Source: Octopus sinensis
Lineage: Eukaryota
Direction of reading: 5' to 3'
Length of the DNA stretch: 13,969 nucleotides
Assembly (NCBI RefSeq): GCF_006345805.1
Contig: NW_021825912.1
Span: 1 to 13,969 of the forward strand
Position 1 is the stretch's first letter. Every line of letters starts with the position of its first letter. A program made the translations under genes and the position numbers. This document shows positions 1 to 8,862 of the stretch, one piece after another. Under the pieces are notes generated by a model, which was given only the letters and a program-made list of their open reading frames with translations, was not told the DNA's origin and ran no database searches.

Positions 1-31
1 GAGCATTTCGCCCGATGTGCTGACGATTCTG
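1..31 (-). mobile_element. 5' head fragment of tRNA-derived SINE family A, cut by the window edge
   Basis: Reverse complement CAGAATCGTCAGCACATCGGGCGAAATGCTC matches the heads at 823-862 (-), 9200-9230 (-) and 10216-10250 (+). Confidence 0.8.
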
Positions 32-109
32 GTAGTCATGCTGGGTATACTGGGCTTCATATATTTTACACCAACTGTCATTTTGATGGCATGCACTGCT
101 CTCTCACAC
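31..109 (+). mobile_element. Extreme 3' end of a LINE-like element running into a (TAA)n tail
   Basis: 31-91 is a close copy of 1143-1202 (GGTAGTCATG.TGGGTAT.CTGGGCTTC.TATATTTTAC...TTTGATGGCA) and continues into (AAT)n at 110. The LINE assignment is inference. Confidence 0.65.
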
Positions 110-140
<31 letters not shown>

Positions 141-177
141 TAATAATAATAATAATAATTATAATAATTATAATAAT
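110..177. repeat. (AAT)n microsatellite
   Basis: Directly visible. Confidence 0.97.
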
Positions 178-644
178 CAGGAAGACAGTGTTTCTTTCCT
201 TCCTTAACAAACCCTTTCCATTTTGTATACCATTTGTTGTTAAATTCAACATTTCTTTCGTCTGCTTTGCCGCCGAGGCGAAACCGTTGCCGCTAGATTT
301 GTTGCTGTTCGTGTTTGGGGTGTCAGTGTCATTCTTTTTTTTCCCTCCTTTCATTTACAGTGGTGATTTCTTGGTTTGTTATATTTTCTTGGGTTTTTGT
401 ACAGACCGTCAGAACAGCCACTGCCACTCCCCTCGACAGAAGTCATCTTGTTTTTTTGTTAAACGAGAGACAAAAAGTTTTGTAAATGGACAAAAAGCCC
501 AAAATTCACCCCTAAAAGGGAGAAATTTTCAACAAAAGAGCCTCTTCTGTACACCAAAAGGGGTTCGGGAAACAAAACAAACAAACAAAACTGTCAATAA
601 ACTTTGAAAAAATAACAACAAAATCTGGTGAGTGTATAGGAAAT

Positions 645-875
645 TAATAATAATAATAATCCTTTCTTCCATAGGCACAATGCTTGAATTCTTGAGGGAT
701 GGGGTTAGTCGATTACATCGACCCCAGTACTCAGCTGTTACTTAATTTATCGACCCCCGAAAGGATGAAAGGTAAATTCGACCTGCCTGGAATTCGAACT
801 CGGAACGTAATGACGTATGAAATACCGCTAAGTATTATTCACCCGGCGTGCTAACGATTCTACCTTCGTCGCTTT
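645..875 (-). mobile_element. Near full-length SINE family A copy (head, central domain, tail 1, (ATT)n end)
   Basis: Minus strand has an A-box-like GGTAGAATCGTTAG, a B-box GAGTTCGAATTCC and the central CCTTTCATCCTTTCGGGGGTCGATAAATTAAGTA. Colinear with 10203-10419. Confidence 0.9.
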
Positions 876-879
876 AATA

Positions 880-957
<78 letters not shown>
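876..957. repeat. Compound (GAT)n(AAT)n microsatellite
   Basis: Directly visible. Confidence 0.97.
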
Positions 958-1203
958 GGTTCTTTCAACATCCTTAAACAACCCTTATTCAGGGACCTTT
1001 TGAGCGGGATGGGCTACTCAACCTGAAGAAAATTCTAACTGGGCCCCACCTGCAAGGTCATGTGCTGTTTATCTTGATATGAGATCACCATGTCGCGCAC
1101 ATATGGTTGTGATGCATGTGCCTGGTGTACCTTTATCAGACGGGTAGTCATGATGGGTATGCTGGGCTTCGTATATTTTACCCCAGTGTCACTTTGATGG
1201 CAC
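958..1203 (+). mobile_element. 3' UTR fragment of the same LINE-like family as 31-109, lacking the last ~20 nt
   Basis: Internal homology with 31-91. Begins immediately after (TAA)n. The left boundary is inferred. Confidence 0.65.
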
Positions 1204-1434
1204 TTATAACGGAATATTTTTAAGAAACACTCATTATCGCTATGGACTCCGTGTGGGCAGTCATCTAAAAGTTTTTGTTCATCATGATGCTGACATAAGT
1301 TCCTTGTCTTTCCTGATGAGAAGGCGGCATAATGCACCCCTTATTCCTTCGAAATTAGGAATATGCAGTCTTTGAAACATATGTCGAGAATAAAGGAATT
1401 TTGTTAAATCGTCGTTCAACTCCATTCTTTCATT
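1204..1434 (+). mobile_element. Probable solo terminal repeat (pLTR) fragment of a Penelope-like element
   Basis: Contains the hammerhead with AATAAA (1389-1394) just after the cleavage site and ends in (TA)n. Boundaries are inferred from the neighbouring elements. Confidence 0.55.
1291..1406 (+). ncRNA. Type I hammerhead ribozyme (Penelope-like element/retrozyme type)
   Basis: Core CTGATGA 1313-1319, GAAA 1374-1377, cleavage triplet GTC 1383-1385. Stem II 1320-1331/1362-1373 pairs at 11 of 12 positions including G-U. Stem III is the palindrome ACATATGT 1377-1384. Stem I 1291-1312/1386-1406 has a 3x3 internal loop and a 1-nt bulge. Confidence 0.88.

Positions 1435-1487
<53 letters not shown>
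1435..1487. repeat. (TA)n(TG)n microsatellite
   Basis: Directly visible. Confidence 0.97.
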
Positions 1488-1488
<1 letters not shown>

Positions 1489-1714
1489 GGAACCGGTGTT
1501 GTAATGATGATGACGTCATATGTCATGTTGCTTGACTTTTTGAGGAACAGAATGAAAGCTTCTTCATCAATCGCATCCACGCACTGCGACAGCGATGGAA
1601 GAAGTGTGTGAACCGCAAGGGGAGAGTATGTCGAAAAATAAACCTAATTTAGATTTATTCACATATCATTAGATTGTCTAAGTCAGCATAAGAACTATTC
1701 AATCGGCTGTCGTA
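1488..1714 (+). mobile_element. mariner DNA transposon 3' relic: transposase C-terminus pseudogene plus right end
   Basis: Manual translation from 1488: GNRCCNDDDVICHVA*LFEEQNESFFINRIHALRQRWKKCVNRKG, +1 frameshift, EYVEK* (TAA 1639-1641). This is the typical mariner C-terminus (L..RW.KCV...G.YVE). Ends ...GTCG then TA at 1713-1714. Confidence 0.88.
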
Positions 1715-1953
1715 TATAGATATATATATATATATATATATGCATATCTATATAATTAAAATATGCATATCCATCCATACACCTATCCATACATACATAC
1801 GTGTATACATGTCTCTCTCCATGTCTGTTGCGTTTTCTGTCTCTCTCTGTACATACATACATACATACATACATAATATTAATATATATGTATATATATA
1901 TATATATATCTATAATATGTATAATATTATAAATATGTAAAATGTAAAATATG

Positions 1954-2003
<50 letters not shown>

Positions 2004-2118
2004 TTTATATAATATATGTATATATTATTTATATATATATATATATATAATTATATATATATATTATATATATATACGTGTATGCGCATGTGTTGTATTG
2101 TGTGTGTGGGTGTGTGTG
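1713..2118. repeat. Compound (TA)n/(TACA)n/(TG)n low-complexity tract
   Basis: Directly visible. Confidence 0.93.
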
Positions 2119-2560
2119 AATATTAATACTTGAAAATCTATCACAGGAAGCGGCCCGTCTTTGCGGGAAATGTTTCAAGTTTGTGAAGAAGAGCAGCGAA
2201 AAGCTTACAAACTCAGTCACAGCTGCCTTTCCTAATTACTAATATATCACTTCTCAAATTACATTAAGAAATATACTCCGAAGCTATTATATAAAGCTCT
2301 TAACTAATGTTTGGAGTTACATATTATGTAGACGAAATGTATCGAGAGAAAATAGTTCGAGACATATAAATTGATGATGTAATAGCGGTACTTTCTACTA
2401 AGCTTTCTTCTAAGTTGGCTAAATTGCAGTAACACAACATTAGTTTATAAGAGCAATTTCTTAGAATCGTGCTTCGAATGAATTACAGTATAGGTATGTA
2501 TAGGTTGTATATAGACGTGGTGGGTGTAGCGATATTGCCATAAAGGGTATATTATGGGTT

Positions 2561-2562
<2 letters not shown>

Positions 2563-2604
<42 letters not shown>
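2563..2604. repeat. (TA)n microsatellite
   Basis: Directly visible. Confidence 0.97.
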
Positions 2605-2605
<1 letters not shown>

Positions 2606-2701
2606 TTATAATGAGGAAGAATACGCCAAAAAGGCGTTTAATAGATAAGGACATTAAGTATTAAGAAGTCAGATATTTAAATTCCAATGTCCAACGACGT
2701 C

Positions 2702-2840
2702 TGTATGTATGTATGTACGTATGTACGTACGTATGTATGTATGTATGTATGTATGTATGTATATGTGTGTGTGTGTATGTATGTATGTATGTATGTATGT
2801 ATGTATGTACGTACGTATGTATGTATGTATGTATGTGTGT
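2702..2840. repeat. (TATG)n tetranucleotide repeat with TACG variants
   Basis: Directly visible. Confidence 0.97.
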
Positions 2841-2844
2841 TTGT

Positions 2845-3030
2845 TTTCTATTTACTTGCTACAGCCATTTGACTGCGGTCATGCTAGAGCACCGCTTTTA
2901 GTCGAACAAAATCGGCCCCAGGATATATTCTAGCGATGTCTTTTGCCGAACCGCCAAGTTAACTACCCAACATCTGTATCAAGACATGATGGGTGGGGGA
3001 CAAACACAGAGATACAAATACATATATACA
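2845..3030 (-). mobile_element. 3' half of a SINE (probably family B), reverse orientation
   Basis: TACTTGCTACAGCCATTTGACTGCGGTCATGCTAGAGCACCGCTTT is homologous to 7940-7990 and to the reverse complement of 8596-8646. The link to the 9431 head is from recalled consensus. Confidence 0.75.
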
Positions 3031-3061
3031 TATGTGTGTGTGTGTGTTTGTATATATATAA

Positions 3062-3295
3062 GTCATAAACTTAAATGCGAGGCAAGGTTGAGAAATAGTA
3101 CTGGAATACATAAATTAAAGTAATATGCTTTTATCAAAGCTGTGAAATCTTCACAAAACATCCGTTGGCCTGTTGTGATAAATACAATTGCTCGACGAAC
3201 GGAAACCTGAAACTCTGAGTAACAACTGTGTGAAGATTAAGGGGATTTTCCAGCATTGATGAAAGTATGAGAATTTTATTGCATTCTCGGTGTTT
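3062..3295. mobile_element. Penelope-like terminal relic: inverted repeat enclosing a decayed hammerhead
   Basis: Arm 3124-3155 is an imperfect inverted match to 3229-3269 (AATCTTCACA/TGTGAAGATT is exact). A hammerhead-like motif lies at 3182-3231. Confidence 0.6.
3182..3231 (+). ncRNA. Degenerate minimal type I hammerhead ribozyme, probably inactive
   Basis: TCGACGA 3192-3198 in place of CTGANGA, stem II ACG-GAAA-CCT, GAAA 3209-3212, stem III ACTC-T-GAGT, triplet GTA 3219-3221, stem I with 8 of 10 pairs. Confidence 0.6.
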
Positions 3296-3423
3296 ACGGT
3301 TTTACAAAATTAAATTAGAAAATTGGACAAAACAGAACACATTTGAAAAAATTAAAAAGAGAACTAGAAAAAAAAGCAATGCACCACCTTGGGTTGAAAT
3401 GTTGGAGGCGCTGGGAAACCTCT

Positions 3424-3630
3424 CTAGTGGTTATTGAAGCACGCAAGGACTCTTGCAGCGTTGCAGCGGGTGATGGTGAGGCTGAATCGCTCGAACAGCC
3501 GAGCGCCCACACAAGCCTCTGCAAGGCGAGTTGCCAGTAAAGACTGGAATCTCGATATTAGTGGTCCAACCCCACCAAACGTCTCGAATACCGCAGGATG
3601 GAAAATGTATTTGGCCGACAGAAATATGTA
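3424..3630 (-). pseudogene. C-terminal fragment of a CRE-like non-LTR retrotransposon ORF (restriction-like endonuclease region)
   Basis: Manual translation: YIFLSAKYIFHPAVFETFGGVGPLISRFQSLLATRLAEACVGARLFERFSLTITRCNAARVLACFNNH*. Fits the pattern Y.F.P...ET.G..G...RL...LFQRLS....RGNA..VL. A T-rich 3' UTR follows down to about 3300. Confidence 0.82.
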
Positions 3631-3786
3631 TATATAAATATAAACCGCTTTTCAATACTTCTACCACAAATACAAGAGCCTTAAAATAATACCCAGGCAA
3701 ATATTAAAAACGATACATTCAGAAGAATAGTCACTAGCCATGAATTTATTCAGAACAATTTCAATTACTACTACTGTAAACACAAC

Positions 3787-3803
3787 AGGTCACTTTTAGG
3801 TCA
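3787..3803 (+). promoter_or_regulatory. Perfect DR5 nuclear-receptor motif AGGTCA-CTTTT-AGGTCA
   Basis: Exact sequence match only; function unsupported. Confidence 0.2.
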
Positions 3804-3859
3804 CTTGACATATTTAAGAGGATTTCACCAACATCCTGCTATTGTCATACCACTCCCGT

Positions 3860-4034
3860 CTTTTTCTATTCTTTCTCTACTTTTCTTCTTCTTTTTCTTC
3901 TTCTTCTTCTTTTTCTTCTTTTTCTTCTCCTTCTATCTTCTTCTTCTTCTTCTTCTTCGTTCTTCCTTCTTCTTCTTTTTTCTTCTGCTCTTCTTCTTCT
4001 TCTTCTTCTTACTTCTTCTTGCTTCTACTTCTTC

Positions 4035-4066
<32 letters not shown>

Positions 4067-4087
4067 TTCTTCTTCTTCTTCTTCTTC
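3860..4087. repeat. (CTT)n/(GAA)n polypyrimidine tract
   Basis: Directly visible. Confidence 0.97.
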
Positions 4088-4205
4088 GCCGTCTTCTACC
4101 TCGGCTACAGATGCTTCAACAATCAAAGTACAGACCCCACATCGCTCTTATTGAATATTCCTTCAGAGATGCTATTACCTACCTACCGATCCCTCACAAA
4201 AGTAA

Positions 4206-4241
4206 GAGGGAGAGAGACAGAGAGACAGAGAGACAGACAGA
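4206..4241. repeat. (GA)n/(GACA)n compound repeat
   Basis: Directly visible. Confidence 0.9.
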
Positions 4242-4430
4242 ATTATGGAAAATGTCCCACGTATTTGAGAACTATGGAAATATTCTAAAAAACATTTCTT
4301 TTAGGTTTTTACAATTTAATTGTTTTTCAAGCTTTACTCTAAGTTGGATAAGCCGCAAAAACTGAAACCGGAACTAAAATGTTCTTCATGAACATTTAAA
4401 AAATTTTTTTATACCTCGTCTTACATATGT

Positions 4431-4693
4431 TCTTCTTGTAGCACCACAGATGAACTTAAGGCAAGGATTATGGAAGTATTCACCAATTTAAACAAGCAGA
4501 CCGCTCAGGAGAGTTGCAGGATATTCCTAAGTTGTTTGGGCTCCGTGGTTGAAGCGATTTCATTGAAGAGATTTCCTCTTTCGTATTTCAACATATTTTT
4601 ATGCAATTTTGGTAAATATATCTGTTAAAATGAGATGTCCATGTTATTTCCATTTTTGCGCAATTTAGACGACAGTTGCTTCACCGCACCCTG
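4431..4693 (+). mobile_element. Tc1/mariner-superfamily (maT/DD37D-like) transposon 3' relic with right terminus
   Basis: Manual translation from 4431: SSCSTTDELKARIMEVFTNLNKQTAQESCRIFLSCLGSVVEA, frameshift, DFIE. This matches the C-terminal pattern LK..I......C..F..RL.AVV.A.G.FIE. The terminus ...CACCGCACCCTG is the reverse complement of a CAGGGTG end. Confidence 0.82.
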
Positions 4694-4723
4694 TGTGCGC
4701 GTGTGTGTGTGTGTGTGTGTGTG
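4694..4723. repeat. (TG)n microsatellite
   Basis: Directly visible. Confidence 0.95.
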
Positions 4724-5052
4724 TCTGTTGCAGTTTATTGCACAATATTTAAATGCAGAAGAAGCTTCTGGTGGCGCATGGATTTATATAGTTTTCATCA
4801 AGGAATATCCAAGCTGACATTCATCAAAAGCAGGCCAAGTAATCATGTGATTATAGCTTATTCAGCCGGATATTATACGCAAACGCCCTGACTAATTTTC
4901 TATACGTTATTTAGATATATTTTTTTTGTTTCATCAATTTGTCTACATACTATGTAGACCTAGCCATTAGTTAAAAGAGCCGTTCTGTAGATTCCTAACT
5001 CGAATGGTATTAAAAAAATGGTACATATTGACACATGCGCATACGAACCCGT

Positions 5053-5208
5053 TACATATATATATATAAACACACAAACATATATACATGTGTATATTCA
5101 TACACATATATCATTATGCAGATGTATATGTATATATATGTATAAATATATATATATTTCTATGTGTGTATCTATATACATACACTACATACACACATAT
5201 ATATGTAT

Positions 5209-5255
<47 letters not shown>

Positions 5256-5612
5256 CATACATATATACATGCACACATATATACATATACATAGATGATA
5301 TACAGATACATTACGTACATGCATATAACAGTGTATATACATAAATATATATATATATATATATACCTGAATATGTGTTTGTATATATATAATATGTATA
5401 TATATATATATAAATATAAATATATATATATAGATAGATAGATACCTGTATGTGTCTGTGCGTATATATAAGTGAGTGTGTATATACATATAAATACGTG
5501 TGTGTGTGTATACATACTCACACACATATATATATATATGCGTGTATATATATATATCTGTGTGTATATGTATGTATATGTGTGTTTTTGTCCGTGTGTA
5601 TGCGCACGCGCG
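5053..5612. repeat. Degenerate (TA)/(CA)/(TG) alternating purine-pyrimidine tract
   Basis: Directly visible. Confidence 0.93.
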
Positions 5613-5840
5613 CTCTAACAATGTAAGCTTTAGTAGATCAGCCGTGAACTCATTACAGTGGAAACTTCTAGAACTAAAGAGTAATTTTTTTTCCTTTGTT
5701 TTTATTGTTATTATTATTATTTCATTCTTTGTTCTTAAATAAAAATCACATTTTTACCCTTTGATTTCCTTTCGACTGACCAATGGAATCGATTCGCCTA
5801 GATTACGTTCTGCTCTTGTTATTTCGGTTTATTGCGCGCC

Positions 5841-5912
5841 CAGCAGCAGCCAGCAGCAGCAGCAGCAGCAGCAACAGTAGTAGTAGTAGTAGGTAGTAGC
5901 TGCAGCAGCAGC
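5841..5912. repeat. (CAG)n(TAG)n compound trinucleotide repeat
   Basis: Directly visible. Confidence 0.93.
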
Positions 5913-5947
5913 TACAACTTTAGTGGTAGAAGTTCGTGTTGTGACCA

Positions 5948-5987
5948 TTATTATTATATTATTATATTATTATTATTATTATTATTA

Positions 5988-6020
<33 letters not shown>

Positions 6021-6108
6021 CATTATTATCATTATTATTATTATATTATTATTATTATTATTATTATTATCATTATTATCATTATTATTATTAATATTAT
6101 TTTTTATT

Positions 6109-6167
<59 letters not shown>

Positions 6168-6207
6168 CATTATTATCATTATTATTATTTTATTATTATT
6201 ATTATTA

Positions 6208-6252
<45 letters not shown>

Positions 6253-6254
6253 TA

Positions 6255-6325
<71 letters not shown>

Positions 6326-6341
6326 TTTATTGTTATTTTTC

Positions 6342-6372
<31 letters not shown>

Positions 6373-6495
6373 ATTATCATTATTATTATCATTGTTGTCG
6401 TTATCATTATTATTATTATTATCATCATTATTATTATCATTATTATTATTATTATCATCATCATCATCATTATTATTATTATTATTGTTATTATT
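5948..6495. repeat. Long (TAT)n array with CAT variants
   Basis: Directly visible. Confidence 0.97.
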
Positions 6496-7173
6496 GCAAT
6501 ATGCTCTATTTTTTTGTGTTTTTTTGGTTTGTTGTTTTTCCCCCCTTTATCGCTGTCCTTCGTTTATGTTCTCTGCCAGTTACGATTGATGCAACAGTTG
6601 CTTTTCCTTACTCTTCTTGATGTTGTTGTTATTATTTTTATTTTATTTTTATTTTATTTCTTTTATTTTTTTTCATTTCGCTCCCAATCTTCATCTCAGA
6701 GCAAATGTCGCCGCTACTACGGCCGCCATTGCTGCCGCTACTACCACCAAGACTGCTACCACTGCTGCTGCTGCTACTGGTGTGATATTCCTATTATCCT
6801 CCTTCTACTTACTCTCCGTATCCCCCCACCCCTTCATCGCCGTTATTGCAGTTGTTTTCGATGTTACTTCCGTTGATTATATTCTTCTTCTTCTTGACGC
6901 TGGTCAAAGAGATGTTGTTGAGGGACGTTGTTATGACTACTGATGTTGTATTTGTTGTTGTTGCTCTTACTCATAATTTCCTTTTCTCTTTTATGACTAT
7001 TGTAGTTGTTGCTATTGCTGCTGTTGGTGTTGCTGTACACTTATCACAAATCTTTATTACATATGTTATTTTATTTTTTTTAGTCTTTGTTACATATGGT
7101 CGCCATTTTCGAATTAACTTTGCCTTCTCCCTTACTGTATCAGGTCGTGTTTTATTTAGAATGACTCTTGTTA

Positions 7174-7227
7174 TTGATGATGAGGGTGATGATGATGATG
7201 AGAATGATAATGATGAAGACTATGAGA

Positions 7228-7258
<31 letters not shown>

Positions 7259-7848
7259 CGACGACGATGCGGACGATGATAATACTGATGCTAATGATGA
7301 TGAAGATGGTGAGGGTGATGAGAATGATGGCAATGGGAATATTGATGATGAGGATGCTGACGACGATGATGATGACAATGATGATAATGATTAATGATGA
7401 TGATGATCATCATCATCATCATGATGGTGATGATGATGATGATGATGATGATGGGAATGATGATGATAATGATGATGAAGATGGTGAGGATGATGATGAG
7501 GACGATGAAGATTATAATGATGCTGATGATGATGAGGAGGAGGAGGACGATGATGATACTTATGATAATGGTGATGAAGATGGTGAGGATGAAGACTACG
7601 AGAATGATGATGAGGAGGGTGGTGACAAAGGCTATGATGACAATGATGATAATGAGGGTGATGATGGTGAGGAGGATGACGACGCCGATGATGATAATGA
7701 TGATCATGATCATGGTCATGACGATGATGACGATGATAATGACGACGATGCTAATGACGTATACGATGACCGTGTTGATGACGATGACCACGATGATAAA
7801 GATGATCAGGATAAACATAATGAACATGGGGTCGATCATAACGATTAT
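7174..7848. repeat. Degenerate (GAT)n array with higher-order sub-repeats
   Basis: Directly visible; GATGAAGATGGTGAG occurs three times. Confidence 0.92.
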
Positions 7849-7937
7849 CGATATTGTGTATATGTGTATGTATGTGTGTGTATATGTGAATGTGTGTGTA
7901 TGCGCGTGTGTAATGTGTTTGTGTATCTTTATTTTTC

Positions 7938-8155
7938 CTTATTTACTGGTTTCAATCACTGCTCGGCAGTCATACTAAAGCACTGAACTGGAGGGTTTTA
8001 AGATCCCAGTCGGCCCTCTCCACGCCACAGTTCTTGTTGTTTTAGTGTAGTACTTATTCCATCGATCTTCTTGTCCCACTGCTAAGTTACCGCTTGGTAA
8101 ACAGATCCATACCGGTCGTCAAGCTTTTGCAGAGGACAATCAGAAACACAAAGCC
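7938..8155 (-). mobile_element. Diverged 3' half of a SINE (probably family B), reverse orientation
   Basis: Colinear similarity to 2845-3030 (TTTACT.G.T.CA.CAC/TT...GTCAT.CTA.AGCAC; CTAAGTTA; TCAAG; GGACAA). Confidence 0.65.
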
Positions 8156-8166
8156 ATAGATAAGAC

Positions 8167-8244
8167 ATGTATATATACATGCATACACACTCACACGCAC
8201 ATACACACACACACACACACATACACACATACATATATATATAT
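8167..8244. repeat. (CA)n/(TA)n microsatellite
   Basis: Directly visible. Confidence 0.93.
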
Positions 8245-8595
8245 GCGGTTAAGTTGTTAGAAACACCTACATTGCTAAAAATAAGAGCTAAACTGCCCTG
8301 ATACTGTAGTCAAACCACATAATTTTGTAAATATATATACGTACAGGGATAATTATTGTCCGTAAACGCCGTGCAAGAATTCTCAAAAGAGCGTTTCCAG
8401 ACGTATACGATTACGTGATTTGACTACAGCAATATAGCATTTTAGCTTTTATTTCTAGCAATCTAGATGCTTCATATAACACTCTAGTCTCATCTAATGA
8501 CAATTATAGTCTTCCGTATATATATATATATATATGACCGAAGACTGAAGAGAAAAGGAAAACGCCGGTATCAAAGACTTCGACTAAAACCGTCC

Positions 8596-8646
8596 AAGGC
8601 GGCACTCCAGCATGGTCGTAGTTCAATGCCTGAAATAAGTAAAAGA
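8596..8646 (+). mobile_element. Isolated SINE/LINE 3' tail fragment
   Basis: AAGGCGGCACTCCAGCATGGTCGTAGTTCAATGCCTGAAATAAGTAAAAGA is a reverse-complement homologue of 2846-2898. Confidence 0.7.
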
Positions 8647-8647
8647 T

Positions 8648-8862
8648 ATTACATCATTTGTCACCAAATTTTCATCGAAACACAAAGCCTTGGTTTCAGT
8701 TAATTTTCAAATTAACGAATAATTTAGTCATATAATTTCACCGTTATTAAAACGGTGCATGAAATGTTGTCACAAGATTTTCATTTAGATAACTTTAGAA
8801 CAGAAAGATTTTATGATAGGAGCAAATGAGATCCAAAGCAGGTCGGTATCAGTCAGGTTTAA
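8648..8862. mobile_element. Possible old MITE-like dispersed repeat
   Basis: Resembles a ~220-bp TTAA-bounded octopus repeat as I recall it, and ends GGTATCAGTCAGGTTTAA. Terminal inverted repeats are too decayed to confirm in this window. Confidence 0.3.

Noticed and set aside
17-607. 196-aa ORF
   Set aside because: Non-ATG start; runs across a SINE head, a LINE tail and (AAT)n; no recognisable domain.
1035-1337. 100-aa minus-strand ORF
   Set aside because: Antisense across the junction of two unrelated repeats; no motif.
2132-2240. Short GC-richer island with open frames
   Set aside because: No recognisable peptide and no convincing splice-site pair.
3315-3700. Four listed overlapping ORFs
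   Set aside because: Shadow frames of the unlisted retrotransposon frame 3424-3651 (-).
3805-4365. Poly-F/L/S ORFs
   Set aside because: Translations of (CTT)n.
5770-5845. CCAAT box (GACCAATGG) and nearby CpG-rich bits as a promoter
   Set aside because: An isolated short motif is expected by chance; there is no downstream gene evidence.
5018-7986. Many YI/HT/poly-I/poly-Y/poly-M/poly-D ORFs, including a hydrophobic-plus-acidic 182-aa ORF
   Set aside because: Stop-free by virtue of microsatellite composition; no splice or homology support.
8546-8585. CTGAAGA...GAAA hammerhead-like motif
   Set aside because: No stem II or convincing stems I and III.
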